Source: Hemiscyllium ocellatum
Taxonomy: Eukaryota
Direction of reading: 5' to 3'
Assembly (NCBI RefSeq): GCF_020745735.1
Contig: NC_083408.1
Span: 10,788,484 to 10,852,483, forward strand
DNA length: 64,000 bases
A program made the translations under genes and the position numbers. The notes beneath the pieces were generated by a model. It searched no databases, had not been told where the DNA came from, and saw nothing but the letters and a program-made list of their open reading frames with translations. This document shows positions 12,006 through 25,818 of the stretch, piece after piece; within the stretch, counting starts at the first letter, position 1, and each line of letters starts with the position of its first letter.

Positions 12006-13211
12006 GCCACTGCAGCGGACAGCAACTGACGACCAGAAGCGGCAGATTCAAACCAGTATAAATGCCGGAGGAATCAGCACATAAGCGCTTCACAGGAGGC
12101 TCCCAAGCCTTGAAGATGTCACCTAGAAAGGAACGAAACGTTAACAGAGGTGTTCGACATCAGCGTCGTAACAAGTTTTATTTGATGTGCGAATCAGTAT
12201 TGGAGCAAATTAGAACTGATTTGTGATAGGAAAGATCCCAGCACATTCCAACACTCGGCTGTTAGTGTCTTAAATAATTAAGTAAACCTTAGTTGAAAAA
12301 CACTGTTTAGTTAGAATTACTTCCGGTTGGTTAAATTGAAAGTGAGAGAAATGGCTCTGCACCTTGCTTAAGAAGTCCTGGGGTTTGAAGATGCTTTCCA
12401 AATTTGCCAAGAAAATTTAGAAAAGCAGAGGAAAAGCACATTGTTTGAATTAATGCGTAGTATAAGAATTGGGTTTAAACAGCGACAAAGAAAAGGCTAA
12501 AATTTGATTGGACTTGTTCAGGCACTTCTGTGTAACTGAGAATCAGAAATAAACTGCAGAGTTAGAAAAACTTAAATTGCAAATGCGACAACTAGAATTT
12601 TAAGACAAAGAACGCCATGGAAAGAAAGAGAAAAAACAGAAAGAGAGGGAGCACAAAGAAATAGAAGGAAAAGTTCAACTACAGTAGTTGGGAATTAGTC
12701 AGGAATGTCAAGTTAACAGGATGGAGATCTAAAGAGAAGGTAAGGATACATAGAAGGATATGAGAACATTTGCATATTTCAACGAGAAAAATGTCGAAGC
12801 CTTCTTCATTTCATTTGAACAAGCGGCTAACACAATGGAGTTGTCAGAGAGCTAGTGGGTAATATTGGTTCAGACTAAGCCGGTGGGCAGGTCAAGTGAG
12901 GTATGTGCAGCGCTGTCAGTTTAGGAGTCAATACAATGTGAAGGAGGTCAAACAGTGCTTATGCATTGGTAGCAGGAGCAGAGACAGAGGTTCAAAAACA
13001 TAAAGATGGAAGCAAGTGGGGCTCATGTTGAGTTCCAAAGAGTGAAGCATAGTAATGTGATAGATGGGCGCATGACTTAAAAATAGACAGATTTTTGAGG
13101 GTGCAAGGGAAGTTATTCAGCTGAAGGAATTTGAAAAAAATAACTTCCAGAGATGATAAGAATTCGTGTGAATAAACAGAAGGCTCAGAAGTGAATGAGT
13201 AGCAGAGATAG

Positions 13212-13343
13212 NNNNNNNNNNNNNNNNNNNNNNNNNNNNNNNNNNNNNNNNNNNNNNNNNNNNNNNNNNNNNNNNNNNNNNNNNNNNNNNNNNNNNNNNN
13301 NNNNNNNNNNNNNNNNNNNNNNNNNNNNNNNNNNNNNNNNNNN
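13212..13343. other. Assembly gap (N run)
   Basis: Run of N between the Gypsy gag and integrase. Confidence 1.
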
Positions 13344-15444
13344 GAATCAGAGTGTATTTTCTAGCAGTATTAACTGAATGATATAAACCTACAATGAAAC
13401 TGTAGACCCCGGCAGGTTAGTGCAGAGGAGAAATGAGCAGAATCACACCAGATTGTATTGCCAGTAGCATGCTTACAGGAAGTGTTACAGGTAGCTCTTG
13501 AGCACCTGTAGGATGTCACCTATGTGTATGGAAGACTCCTGGTAAAGTACAAACGCATTTTTAATGATCTGGAATGCACAAGGATGTGGTTAGTTTTTGC
13601 CATGCATGTCATACATTCCAAATATTAGGTAAGCCACAGGCAATAGTAAAAACTAGCATCTTTGTTGCTACTTCCTGATTTCAAAAAATATTTCACAGTG
13701 GTTATGATTCAATGTATAGGTCCCCTTTCTCAACTAAAATTGGGAACCCGTGTTTGTTAACCAATATGGGCGTGTCTACCAGATTTCCCAAGAGAAAACA
13801 ATGGGCAGTGTTAAGGCAAAAAGGTTGGCACCCAAGTGGTAGCTTTCTTCTTATGGGATTGGCTGCCCTGAGAGATTCAGTCGGACAAAGAGTATGAATT
13901 TAAGGGAATTATTAATAGATTAATACTCAGCATTTTAGTTCAAGTTCCTACCATCTTGATTTGCAGAGACCCTTTGAAAGTTGGCATCAGTCCCTGAAGA
14001 CCGTGTTAACAGCATACTGTCAAGAGAGTCCGAATGATTGGGATAAATGTATCACATTTGTATTATCGGACATTAGAGATGCCTCCTCAGTTCTCCCCTT
14101 TTTGTAAATATTCAGATATGAAGTGAAAGACCCTTTGAAATTAATTGAACAGAAATTGACAGGACCGAAGTCAAAGATCTCACACTTGTATTTTTTATGT
14201 GAGGTCAGGGAGAGATTAGATCGTTTAGGTGAGTTAGGAAAACAGCACCTGAAGATGGTATAAGATAGAATGAAGCAGGTGGCAAATCAAAATGCTGAAA
14301 CTGTGCCGTATATCCCTTGGGGTGACGTATTAGTATTGCTAACATTGGTGGCAAACCTCTTCAAAACCAGGTTTAGTGTCCCTTCCAAATTAAAAAATAT
14401 AGAAATTGTGTCAGTTAATCTATCTGATAAAGATAGTGGATTTTTTTCTAAAGTTTATCGAGTACGTCATGTGAATATGTTGAAACCTTACTAGAGTAGA
14501 GACAGGAAAATGGCGAAATAGGTGTTACGTTCAGCCCTGCAGAGTCAGGAAGCAAATCCAGATGTCATGAAGTTCGATGTGCCTCAAAATACTTTAAATA
14601 ACTAGCAATTCATTGAGGTGTGGGAGAGGATAGTGAGCTAATCGTTACAGGAGCAAAGAATACGATTCTTAGTTGCATCAATGTAAAGACACATCCAGAA
14701 AAATAATAGTGGATTTATGCTATTATGCATGAGGTGGAATTAGCGAATACTGATGTGATAAAACAACGACACAAGTGTAATCCTTTCAAAGCCACACAGG
14801 TGCAGGCGGAATGAGATGTGATTCTCAATGAAGATATCATTGAACTGAATTAGAGAGAGTGAAGTTCACTGACTCTGATATTTCCGAAACCTGACATGAT
14901 TCAACAATTTGTGTGGACAATCGGAAAGTCATCGCTGCAAAAACATAGGATTGCTATCCAACACTAAGTTTGGAGGACGGCATACATGTAGTTTCACAAG
15001 CCCCACATCTTATAGAGTTGGACTTATGGCATGGTTACTGGCAGATACCATAATCAGAGAAAGAGAAAAAAGTTCATGCATTTCTTACCCAAAGAGGCTT
15101 TATCAATTCAAAGTGATGGTCTTTGCAATGATTAATGCACCAGCCACATTCCAAAGACTCATGAACAGAATTGTGTTCAGATGAAAAAATTAGGCAATGT
15201 ATTTGCATGACGCAGTGATCGTTTGCAAGTGATTGTAAGGTAACATATTACAGTTGGCAGAACACATTAAATGATTATAAGAAGCATAACCTACCATAAA
15301 ATTAAAGAAAACATGATTAGCGAAGGCAGAGCCAACGGTCTTGGGACATTACATTGGACATTGAAAGTTGATCAGAAGGAACGTAAAGTGGAACGCCATT
15401 GAGGGATTTCCACCACCAACCTCGAAGAAAGAACTCCTCTGGTT

Positions 15445-16520
15445 TGATTAAAGAGGAATTCTAACTCCTCCTTTTAAATGTCCATCCACTCTAACAACAT
15501 CTCCCTGCGCTTAACCCTTACCCTTCTCGTTCATTCGTATTAATAAATTTGACCAAATGCTTTACAAATGTTGTTAATTTACCCCATGCCCTTTATTGTA
15601 GTCACTGGCAGCATATCCGTGTAGCAGCCTCAGTTTTTTAAAAAAATACCCTTCAGGTTCGCTTTTATTCCTACCCCTCTAACCATAAGCGGATGTCCTC
15701 CAGGTTTCAATTCTACAAATCATGGAAAAAGACTGAGAGATTTCACCCTACCCATGCCCGAACTGATCACGTACAACTTTATAAGATCCTCTCTCATTCT
15801 CCTACACTGGAAATGAAAGGTCCAAGCTGGTTTAACCTCGCCCTAGAATTCAGTCTGTTAGGTCCAGGCAACCTTCTTCAGCACTCTTTCCAATTTAATG
15901 ATTGCTTTGCTATCTGAGTACACAAATGCTCCAATGTTTCTCTGGTCCACCGCACTACTTAACCCTTACAATTAACCATTCAATTCCTACCTTGCATCGA
16001 CTTTCCAAAATGCAAGATCTCAAACTAATCTATATAAAATTGCATTTGACATTTCTTCGCCCACTTCCTCAGCTGATCAAGGTCCTGCTTCAATTTCAGC
16101 TAAATTTCCTCATTTAACACGATACCATGTATTTTAGTGTTATCTACAAAATTACTAATCATGCCTAAACCATTGATATAGATAACAGTAAAGATCACAG
16201 CGTCAAACTCTGAGGCACTCCACTTATCACAGGCTTCCAGTCTGAATAACATCCTTCCACATTTACACTCTGTTTCCTCCCAACAAGGCAACTGTGACAG
16301 CAATTTGGCACCACCCCCTTGACCATGAGATGTAACCTTACCGAGCAATCTACCATGTGGAATCTTACCAAAGGCCACACGGAAATGTATAGTGATTATG
16401 TCTACCGCTTTGCACTCATCAACCTTCCTTGTAACTTCACCATAGAACTCTAACAAATTTGGGAAGCATGACCTCCAACTCACAAAACTATGCTGACTGC
16501 TTCAAATCAAACCCTGTGTA
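15445..16520 (-). mobile_element. CR1 LINE, decayed, truncating the Gypsy RT
   Basis: ORF 16100-16483 (RSCFPNLLEFYGEVT...AFGKIPHGRLL) and 16195-16380 (WKPVISGVPQ). Confidence 0.8.
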
Positions 16521-17434
16521 AGCAATAAGTGCAGTGAATGGTATGCTGTACTTCGCTGTAAAATTATTCAAGTATATGAATAAAGTCACCTTCCTGCAGT
16601 CGTAGAGCCTTGCTGAGAGAATATTTGAGGCAGTCTCTACAGTTTTGCTCTACTCTGTAAGGAATGATCTCCTTACCATAGACACAGATGATAGTACCAT
16701 GAGGAGAGAATGAAGAAGCAGAGTGTTTATCTTGTAGAGCTGTGACATAAAAAGAAATATTTGCGGTGATCCTTGAGGACTGGCAGCGATAACTTATTTC
16801 CAAAAGCGACATAGCAAAGGTGAGAAAGTGCAGACTTTACCCAGGATTGAATATTTTGATTAATTATCATGTGTACCTCAGTACAGGGAAAGACACTTTA
16901 TTTGTGAGCAGCAGAGGCAGGTCATTGTAAGCATGGACAGACAGATAATAGCTTGAAAATAGACTTGGACAGCATAAAGTATGTAAGTTACAATGCACAG
17001 GACACGCACTCGACAACATCAACATGAATAACATCAGCATTGTTTGGATTTAGAGAGTTCATTCATCAGTCTAACACGGCGTTCTTAATAGCTGATCTGC
17101 TTGAATTAGCTCTCCCTATGTTAATGTGAGTTTGACTTCTGAATCTGTACTGAATGCCATGTTGTTCGCAATTCCCAACAGCAGCCAAAGGACCTTACTT
17201 CAGAAACTGGTAGCTATTCCCAGCATCTTCTGACCTCTGCAGAGAACTGCTGTCTGTCTTCTCGGAGATGGAAGATGACTTCTGGAGACTTCACACAAAA
17301 CATTTTGCTTCCACCCTCAAACCTGGAAAACCACATTAAATTCCCACGTGTGTACCATGAGCAATTGAGCCACGAGGAACAGTGTGTGTCAGCATCTGCT
17401 CCACTTGTTTATCATGTTCGATCGACAGTTAGAC

Positions 17435-17560
17435 GAAAGTGAGGACTGCAGATGCTTGAGATCAGAGTAGAGAGTGTGGTGCTGGAAAAGCCCAGTAGGT
17501 CAGGCAGCATCCAAGAAACAAGAGAATTGACAATTCGGGCATAAACCATTCATCAGGAAT
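17435..17560 (-). mobile_element. Solo Neptune-type PLE 3' terminus with decayed hammerhead motif
   Basis: Same terminal sequence as the fold-back elements (AAAGTGAGGACTGCAGATGC...CATCAGGAAT). The minus strand reads ATTCCTGATGAATGGTTTATGCCCGAATTGTC. Confidence 0.8.
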
Positions 17561-17740
17561 CAGCATCAAATACCTCGTTCTGTGCCTATGGAAGTGACTT
17601 GATGGGCTGAATGGCGTCCTCCTGTTCTTGTGTGAGTGACTTAAGGGAGTCAATGGCTTCTTCCTCGTCCTATTGAACAGGATCAAGGGCCTCATTGGGT
17701 TACCCCTCGTTCCGGTATAACAGTTGGATGTGCTGACTAA

Positions 17741-18378
17741 TGTGATAATGTTGAAACTTCAAGAGTTTAATTTATCCTAGTTCCTTTTAAGAGAGATTAA
17801 ACGGTGGTTACCAAGCAGGTTAGTTAACTCCACTTGCGTTAACAGCATGGGACGCCTTATTTTTATTTTAACGCCCCCTAAATGGGTGTGTTCAGCTCTC
17901 ACAGATTAGGATTGTTAAGTTTTTGTTTCTCAGTAACAGCACAAACTAATGGGGTCTCAACAGAATTCGAAGCTTTAGTGAATGTCTCCTGGCTGCTACT
18001 CTCTCTGAATTTTCCCTTGATGCTGTTTTTTTTCCTTCGTGGATTGGAGAAATGTTTGTGACAATCTCCCTCTCTGAATTTTCCTTTCAGCCAAGGAGTG
18101 AGTTTTCGGCATGTTCTCATATTGGAACAGTTAATTAGTAGTAGTTCCTAATCTATTATTGTGTTAGTTGTCCAATAGAATTACATTATTTAAAATTCCT
18201 CTTTCTTTGTTTTAATTTCATCTGCAGCGTTTAAGTAAATTGTTTTGTTTCACTGCGAGTAGTTTGACCAGTCACATTGCATCTTGGACACACACTTTAC
18301 ATTTTCTATAAAATAAGACATTACAGTCTCGGAAACTGCCTTCAAATATTTTCGAGGGCTCTCGTGCGGTCCACCACA
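17741..18378 (+). mobile_element. Probable solo Gypsy LTR inserted in a CR1-tail-derived tandem repeat
   Basis: TGTGATA...CCACCACA termini with near-duplicated flanks CTAA/CTAG. It resembles the LTRs at 57125-57722 and 60702-61408, and is flanked on both sides by CTGAATGGCCTCCT-type repeats. Confidence 0.5.
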
Positions 18379-19889
18379 CTAGACTGCATCTCATCCTGAA
18401 TAACAGAATGGGCTTGAAAGATTGAATGGCCTGTCGTGTTCTTCTGCAATTTGTCAATGGCCAGAATGGCTTCCTCATATTACTGTGAAACCAGCGTGAT
18501 GTGCTCAATGAACTCTTCATTTTGCTCTTGCAAATTGCAGTGTCAGACAGTACTGCTACTGTCACAGCAATGCTACCGACACTTTAATAGTGCAAGCCTG
18601 ACTGTTTGTCCATGTCCAGCTGCACATGGGCACAGACAGGCCAGGGAGATGAGGGCGAACAAATTATTCTGTGTGCAATATTCAGTGAAAATTCCAACTT
18701 AGCAGCTGAAGATGCTTTTGCTGACGAAGCTACCCTGATGACCACAGAAATGACCCAGGAAATAGATGATTAGCATTCAGGAAACACAAATATCTTCCTT
18801 TGTGCTATGACTCACTCCATACTCTGGCGAGTTTACTCTGATTCCCATTATTTCCAGTAATGTTCAGCTCTTTGATGTCAACCTCAGTCTTCCACACAGT
18901 CAATCCGGGCCAGTCACTCTTCCCTGAACCCTTGTGTTCACATCTATTTTTCATCTTAAAAGGTCATGTTGAGGAACAGGGAATGTTTTCTTCAAACAGG
19001 GAGATTTGAATGTCAGGTTTTTTTTCTTTTCCAGAGAATGAGCGGAGCTAGAACACTGAAAGTATCTGCAGAGAAGGTAGATAGATATTGATGAGTCAGA
19101 CAGATAAGCGCTTTGAAGGATTGTACATTAAAAAGGATTATGACGGAGAGCAGATCAGCCATAATCTTAGTGAAGTGGAAGTCATGCTTGGGTTTGGGGG
19201 TGGGAGGCGTGGTGAATGGCGTGCTCATTTTTCCGATGTTCTGACATTCTGTTATTGCAAATTTAGTGGCTGGTATCTTCCTGGAATGTCTATTATGGAA
19301 CGTTGCAGACAGGGAAATCAGATGATGTTGTGAGCCTTCTCAGGGTCAGGTATCAGCGCTGTATTCACAGTAAATCTGAATGTACAACAAGACCAACAAA
19401 TGGAACATAAGGTGCAGAAACTGGAAGCGCGGTCAAGAGATGTGGGGGTGAGGTGGTTGTTTCGTAAGAGCCTGGAATTTCCGATTACATTTCTCATATA
19501 ACCTCACACCATGTGTTACAGTCTTGAAGGGCTGCATGGTCTCCTCTGTTTCTGGGCACAAGGTTAAAGCAGTAAGTGGCCTCTCTAATTGCTCCTGACC
19601 AGCAGCTTTGAGGGGCTGAATGCAGCATAGGAACATGGAACTGAGGAGCAGGAGATGGTCATTAGACACTTAGAACCTTATTCACCAGGCACTAAAATCG
19701 TGGATGATGAGGTTGTGTCTCAGCCACATTTTCGTCTCTGTATCCTACTATCCATGATTCACTGTCTGTCATATATTCAACTAACACACTTTTGAATCAA
19801 TGTGAATAGAGGGGCACGGTAAACTTCCAATTAAGACAGTTCTCTCTCCAAAACACCTTTCAGAATTTCTCATCATCCTTCTTTCGAAT

Positions 19890-21170
19890 CAGAGAGTCAT
19901 ACAGGATGACAACAGAGCCATTCTTCCAATCTGTCCAGTCGGACCAGACATCCGAATCTGATCTAGTTCTATGTGCTAACATTTGGCCCATATCCCTCCT
20001 ATTTCAGACACTTTTAAATGTGCAATTGTCACTCGCGCCACCACTTCTTGTGACAGCATTTTGCACCCACACGACACTCTCTGCGTGAAACATTTGACAC
20101 TAAGGTCCCTTCTAAATCATTTCCCTCTTGACTTCACCTTAAGCCCAATTGTTTTGAACTCACCTATCCTGGGAAATAGACCATGGCGATTCCGAAGATC
20201 CATGTCGTGATGATTTTATAAAGCTCTGTAATGTCATCCCTCAGCCTCTGACACTCCAGCAGAAATCACCTCAATCCATTCCACCTTTCCCTGCAGCTCA
20301 AACCGTCCAGTCCTGGAACATCGTGTAATTCTGCAACCAATCGAATAGTATGCAGTATTCTTAACGTGATCTCAGAAGCCTCCTGTGCTAATGCAGCATG
20401 CAACTACAATTCCTATACTCAATGCACTGACTGATTAAGGTAAATGTGTCAAATGTGTTCTGCACGACTCTCTCTACCTGCCACTCCACTTTCAAGGAAC
20501 TATGCAATTGCATCCCAAAGTCTCAGGGCCTTACATTGTGTGTATAATTCCAGCCCTGATTTGCTTTTCCAAAATATAAAACCTCATATTTATCTAAATT
20601 AAACTTCATCTGTCATTCGTTGCCTCTTTATCCCATCTAATTGTAGTCACGTTGTCGTCTGAAAAATCCACTACACCACCTTTATAATGTCATCTGTAAA
20701 TGTGCTAATTATGCCTCAGATGGTCACATCCAAATCCTTTACAATAATCATGAACTGCAGTGAAATCAGTACTGACTCTTCCAGCACTCTGATGGTCGCA
20801 AGCTTTCTGTCTGAAAAACAACCCTCTTCCTTCAAGCCAATTGTGAACCTAACTGAGTAGCTTCCTCTGTACACCATGTGACCTAATTTTACGGACTGTC
20901 TATGAATCAGAATGCTACGAACATCTTGCTGAAGTCTTTATTGACAACGTCAGCCAAAAACCCTTCATTAATATTCTTTTTCACCACTTCAAAAACACAA
21001 ACTAATAAATGAGACGTTTTTCCCACGTACAAAGTCATGTTGACCATACCTAATCAGTCCGTGCTTTTCCAAAATGGATCAAAATCTTATTCATCAGGAT
21101 TTGCTCCAACAACGTACCCATCACTGGCATTAGGCTCACAGGTATGTTGTTCCGTGGATTTTTGGGTCAC
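19890..21170 (-). mobile_element. CR1/HER1-type LINE, decayed
   Basis: Colinear with the better-preserved copy at 36489-37905 (same 3' UTR and RT region). Confidence 0.8.
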
Positions 21171-21399
21171 TCTTTCTATTACTAGTCCTATTCTTCTGCT
21201 CACAACAATTTTTAACTGTAACCATGTTGCTGATAACGCCAATAATACAGGTCTCAGACTGATCCAGTGTCAGCTTTAGTAACAAGCCTAGCTGGTTTCT
21301 TTAATTTACTCAAATAACACGTTTACAATCCAAAGCAAAGTTCCTCAAATTATGTTGGAAAGATGAATGACAAGCTCGTTAGACAATGTGAATATGTAA

Positions 21400-21561
21400 N
21401 NNNNNNNNNNNNNNNNNNNNNNNNNNNNNNNNNNNNNNNNNNNNNNNNNNNNNNNNNNNNNNNNNNNNNNNNNNNNNNNNNNNNNNNNNNNNNNNNNNNN
21501 NNNNNNNNNNNNNNNNNNNNNNNNNNNNNNNNNNNNNNNNNNNNNNNNNNNNNNNNNNNNN
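21400..21561. other. Assembly gap (N run)
   Basis: Run of N. Confidence 1.
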
Positions 21562-23187
21562 TACTTTGCCCGAATGCAAGTGTAATTCATGGCAAAATGA
21601 AATATTGAAAGATTGTCCAACGTATTCAGCTTCTGAAGTTGTTTTTCTCACAGAAGCTACTAACAATGGGATTTCTTTCTGGAACTATTATATTTTACAA
21701 AATTCCCTGTGCTTTATGGCAGTGAGTTACTTCCAAGAAATTCTGGTCATTAATCCTCCACGAGTGGTGAAGATGGCTGATACGTTTTTATTTTCAGTTG
21801 CACACATTGCTGTGATAAGGAACAATGAAGAGAGGGAGTGCAACAGGCCGTTCATTCCCGAGGAGATCACATCTTCTTTCTCTCTGAGTTGAATCATACA
21901 GTCATGTTGCTCCCTCCCAAACTGTGCCATATGCAGTCTCGTTGTACATTGTCCAAACTTCCTTGTTCCATGCAGTTGCATCATTGCTGCTTTCATATAC
22001 ACAGCCATATTGTTAGCAGCAAAAAGACCCACTGGATTTGAAAATGCGTTTATGTGTACATGCGACATTCAACAATTGTAGGTTTATTGTATTAGAACAC
22101 CTGTGTTAAACTGAATGCATTTTATTTTTTAACAAATACAGGTATTGCTGGATAAGCTCGGCAGGTCTTACGGCATCCAGATGCCTTTTAAATGTTGTAA
22201 ATGAATCAACATCCACCACTTCCTTTTGTAGCTGATCCCATGTACGCACCACCCTCTGCGTGAAAAGGTGCCCTCTCCGCCTCATCTTCCCTTCTCATTT
22301 CCAACCAATGCCCACTTGTTTGGAAGTCCCCTACAAGAAGGGGAAAAAAAAACTAACTACTCTCTCTGTCCATACTCGTTATGATCTACAGACGTCTGCT
22401 GTTGGAAAATGTGTTTCTAATCAACATGAACGGCTGTGCTTTCAGTCATCCCCGGCAAGAATTCTGAAATTCAACACTGACACCTCTTCCTTCTCCATCG
22501 GGTCACAAATCTAACACAATTTAAATCATTTTGTTCGCACTTATTATGAAACACTTCTGTAGGGTTTGTATCTAGAGCTTTGTACCCGGGGGTAGGGTAT
22601 TTTTATATGAGAAAACAAAGGTCAACACAATTCATATGGGGTAATTATTTTCGACAGAAGATGGCTTGTGTGTGGAATGAAGTTGCCGAGCAAATTGTGA
22701 AAGCAGGCACAGTCACAAGAGTTGAAAGTATTTTCAATCAGTGAATCGGAAAGGAATCAGTCTGGGTGGCGCTGTTAGCACCTGCCTTTTCCCTCTTCCT
22801 CTCTGAAGGAATCCCTGTTGGTTTTCACCCTCTGCCAATGCATATGCAGTGGCCTGAGACGTCAGCAGAGAGGATACAGATGCATACACAACAACTGTTC
22901 GGACACGGCGTTGAACCTATCTCCTAATTGAAGCTAAATGCCCAGAACAGATCCAGCTAGCTTATAACCTGCTGAAAACGAGTAACAGAGATCTCCCAAA
23001 TTCCATTGTTTAAATGAATCATCAGTTTATTTTTTTGAAACTGAAAGTGTACATTAAATAACAACTTCTCACAACACCGAGCCTCCTTTCTTTGAAACGT
23101 TTATTACCTGCCTCCAATTCGATATCAATATACTGATACAATAAGACACTTATTAAAACTAGCTGCGCGTTTGATCAGCTTCCCTAC

Positions 23188-23348
23188 ATTGTGAAAACAG
23201 GCCCGTCAGCCCAACTAGTCTAAACCGACCCTGCTAGGATTAATCCAAACAGACTAACTGCACACCGACAGTGGCCCGATATTGGAATCGAACCATGGTC
23301 AGTGGCGCTGGGATGTAGCAGTGGTAACGACTGAGCCACCGTGCCGCC
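23188..23348 (-). mobile_element. HE1-type V-SINE, internally deleted
   Basis: The minus strand begins GGCGGCACGGTGGCTCAGTCGTTACCACTGCT (A box) and has GGTTCGATTCC (B box), then a CR1-type tail GGGCTGACGGGCCTGTTTTCAC. Confidence 0.8.
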
Positions 23349-24129
23349 CTAAAGGCATTCATAACTTCAAAACCACACTGTCACTTTCGTTATTGGTGAT
23401 TTCTTCCGGCTGAAGATGTACCTTGGTCATTTTATTTCTTTTCACTGCGAATCTCTTTCATATGAAAAGTGCCTTGGGTACAGAGTGATTACTAATTTCT
23501 TGGATCTGTGTTGATGGCATTTTTTTATGTCTGAAATTTTCAAAACTTCCCCATTTTTTATATCCCCAACATCCGACCGTCTCATTGGTTTGATGCTGGA
23601 CGAACAGGACATTCAAACACGAATCGTTTCTCGAGTCGTGGGGCATAATTTAAACTGATTATTTAAATTCAAATTGTTGTTCGAACAGAAAGCGACTCAG
23701 GTATTTAAGTTACAGCCAAATGTTACTTTTTCAATTTCATAGTGCATTCTGGAACTGCCATCTTGTAATTTACAAAGGAGTTTGTTAACACTCCGTTCAA
23801 AGCAGCATTCACTGTCTCTTAATGGGACAGAACGTGCCTTCAACTTGATAATATCAATACCCTGATGAAGAGAGACAAGCGGACTCTATCAGGATTTCTC
23901 TTGCTCCATGTTGTGCCAATACTTCATGCAATCTGGTGTTTGTCAGTGTTTTCGTTGCTCCGTTGATAGCATGTCGTCATTTGACTCACTCTGTGGGACT
24001 ACAACAGTATTTCATATGCTCACACGAGTGAGTGTAGCGGGATTTTAGTTGCTCTATGCAGACTGTGATGCTCTGACTGTCTCACGTCGAGCTATTCTGA
24101 GCAAATTAGCAGCTCAGATTGATGATATC

Positions 24130-24950
24130 TCTGCAAGTTAGCTCGCTGAGCTTGAAGATTTGTTTTCAGACATTTCATCACCATGACTACGTAACATCAT
24201 CGTGAGAGTCTCTGGTGAAGCGCTGGTGGTATGTCCAGCCTCTCAATTTATCGTTTCTTAAGTTGGGCGATGTCATTTCCAGTTCTTTTTTATAAGCGAA
24301 GTTAGATGGGTTCTAAAGTGATGTGTTTTTGATGGAGTTCTGGTTAGAATGCCAGGGCTCTATAAATTCACGTGTGTGTCTTTGCTTCGCCCGTCTTGGG
24401 ATGTGTGTTTGCCCAAGTCCAATTGATGTCCTTCTTTATCTGTATGCATGAAAACTAGTGATAATGGGTCATGTCATTTCGTGGCTAATTGGGGTTCATG
24501 TATCCTCGAGGCATGTTTCCTGCAAAAGTCTCCGATGTAGTATGACATACTTGCATAAGTGCATGGTATGTTGGAAATGACGTTAATTTTACTGGTGGTA
24601 TTAAATAAATACTTAAGGTTCATTAGTCACTGTTTAAGTGTGTTGGTAGGTGTGTGGGCTAGAGGATGCCACACATAGTCTGGAAGTCATTTCTGATATC
24701 TCTTTGGTGCAAGATAATGTAGCTTTAGTTTTTGGTTGCGTTTCGTCTGTTTGATTGGGGTTGTTTCTGAGGAATCGGCAGATTGGGTTCATGGGGGACA
24801 TAGTTTTCTTTGACAGCATTGTGTAGATATTATTCTTCAGCTGTTGGTATCTCTTTGGTGCTGTAGTGTGATACAGTTCATAGAAGTAATGTCTTGCTGC
24901 AACTCCGTTTGCATATGGCTCCAAAACTGGAAGAATTGTCATGTGTGTGG
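24130..24950 (-). mobile_element. Poseidon-type PLE 3' fragment, decayed
   Basis: Minus-strand homology to the 11400-12140 region (KATLSCTKEISEMTSRL). It has a decayed terminal motif GATGATGTTACGTAGTCATGGTGATGAAATGTCTG. Confidence 0.7.
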
Positions 24951-25779
24951 AGGACAGTGTGGAGCTCCAACAGGACAGTGGCAATTTGGTGTAGTGTTCA
25001 GGTGTCTGGGAGATGAGAATCAATGCGGAGCAGCGTGAGATGATGCACATTCGTAAGAAGGACATTGGAAGATAATATTAAATTGAATGTGCAGTTAGAA
25101 AGAGGTTGCAGGAGCAGAGGGCCCTGTATGTATGTGAATACAGATTAATGAAGATATCAGGATAAGTGGGCAGAGCAGTAAATAACAAGAACAGATTCAT
25201 ACTCTGAACTATTTACCGGAGAAGGTGTAGGAGGGAGCCTCCGTGTTCTCTTCCAGGGAAGTGGTGGTGACGATGTGCTGTGAGCACACCCTCCTACCCA
25301 CCGAGACAATTGAGATCCCATTTCTACTAGCACTACACAAAAGAGAGATGGAATCAGGGCCACGGCTTCTATGTTACCCCTGGGTGGAATGTAACTGACA
25401 GTTGGTTTACATTGAGAATTACCTTTCACTGAACATTGCTCCTTCCTTCATTGCTGAGATGGGAATGTTTCAGAAACTCCACACGAGGTGTCCTGGTCCT
25501 CTCTGGCTTGTACCATGGTCCTCCCAATATGACGAAGGAAGGTGGGTGAGGGAACAGATATCAGGCAATCCACCACCCAGCTTGGCACTTTCTGTCGAAT
25601 TCCAGGCTCTTTGTCTGGCATGCGAGAAAGGGAGCGAGGGAGTGAGGATGGGAATGGGTGGCTCTGCTGATGTAGATGATAGAGGGAGCGGAATTGTGAG
25701 GTGTTCAGAATGAGTCCGTCCACAGTGCTGTATCCGTGCATTGTAATTAGTGTGGGCGGAAAAAAGGGAAGGGTAGGTT

Positions 25780-25818
25780 GAGAGAGAGAATTAGAGAGAG
25801 AGAGAGAGAGAGAGAGGG
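25780..25818. repeat. (GA)n microsatellite
   Basis: Seen directly. Confidence 0.9.

Larger units (their letters stand above)
9507..12142 (+). mobile_element. Penelope-like element (Poseidon-type), near-complete, with an inverted copy of its 3' end at the left border and an 11-bp TSD
   Basis: 9586-9723 is the reverse complement of ~12005-12142. TTAACAGAGGT occurs at 9496-9506 and 12141-12151. It contains the RT plus GIY-YIG ORF. Confidence 0.92.
8830..15445 (+). mobile_element. Gmr1-like Ty3/Gypsy LTR retrotransposon, decayed (LTR - gag/SCAN - [gap] - integrase - RT); LTR interrupted by a Poseidon PLE
   Basis: The LTR ends GTCGTAACA at ~12172. gag starts at ~12351 (NVEAFFISFEQ...; SCAN-like REVIQLKEF..LPEMIR). 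Integrase lies at ~13440-14500 (CHACHTFQ, SYHLDLQRPFESWHQSLKTVL...NDWDK) and RT at ~14720-15430 (YQFKVMVFAMINAPATFQRLMN). The LTR start is uncertain. Confidence 0.75.
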
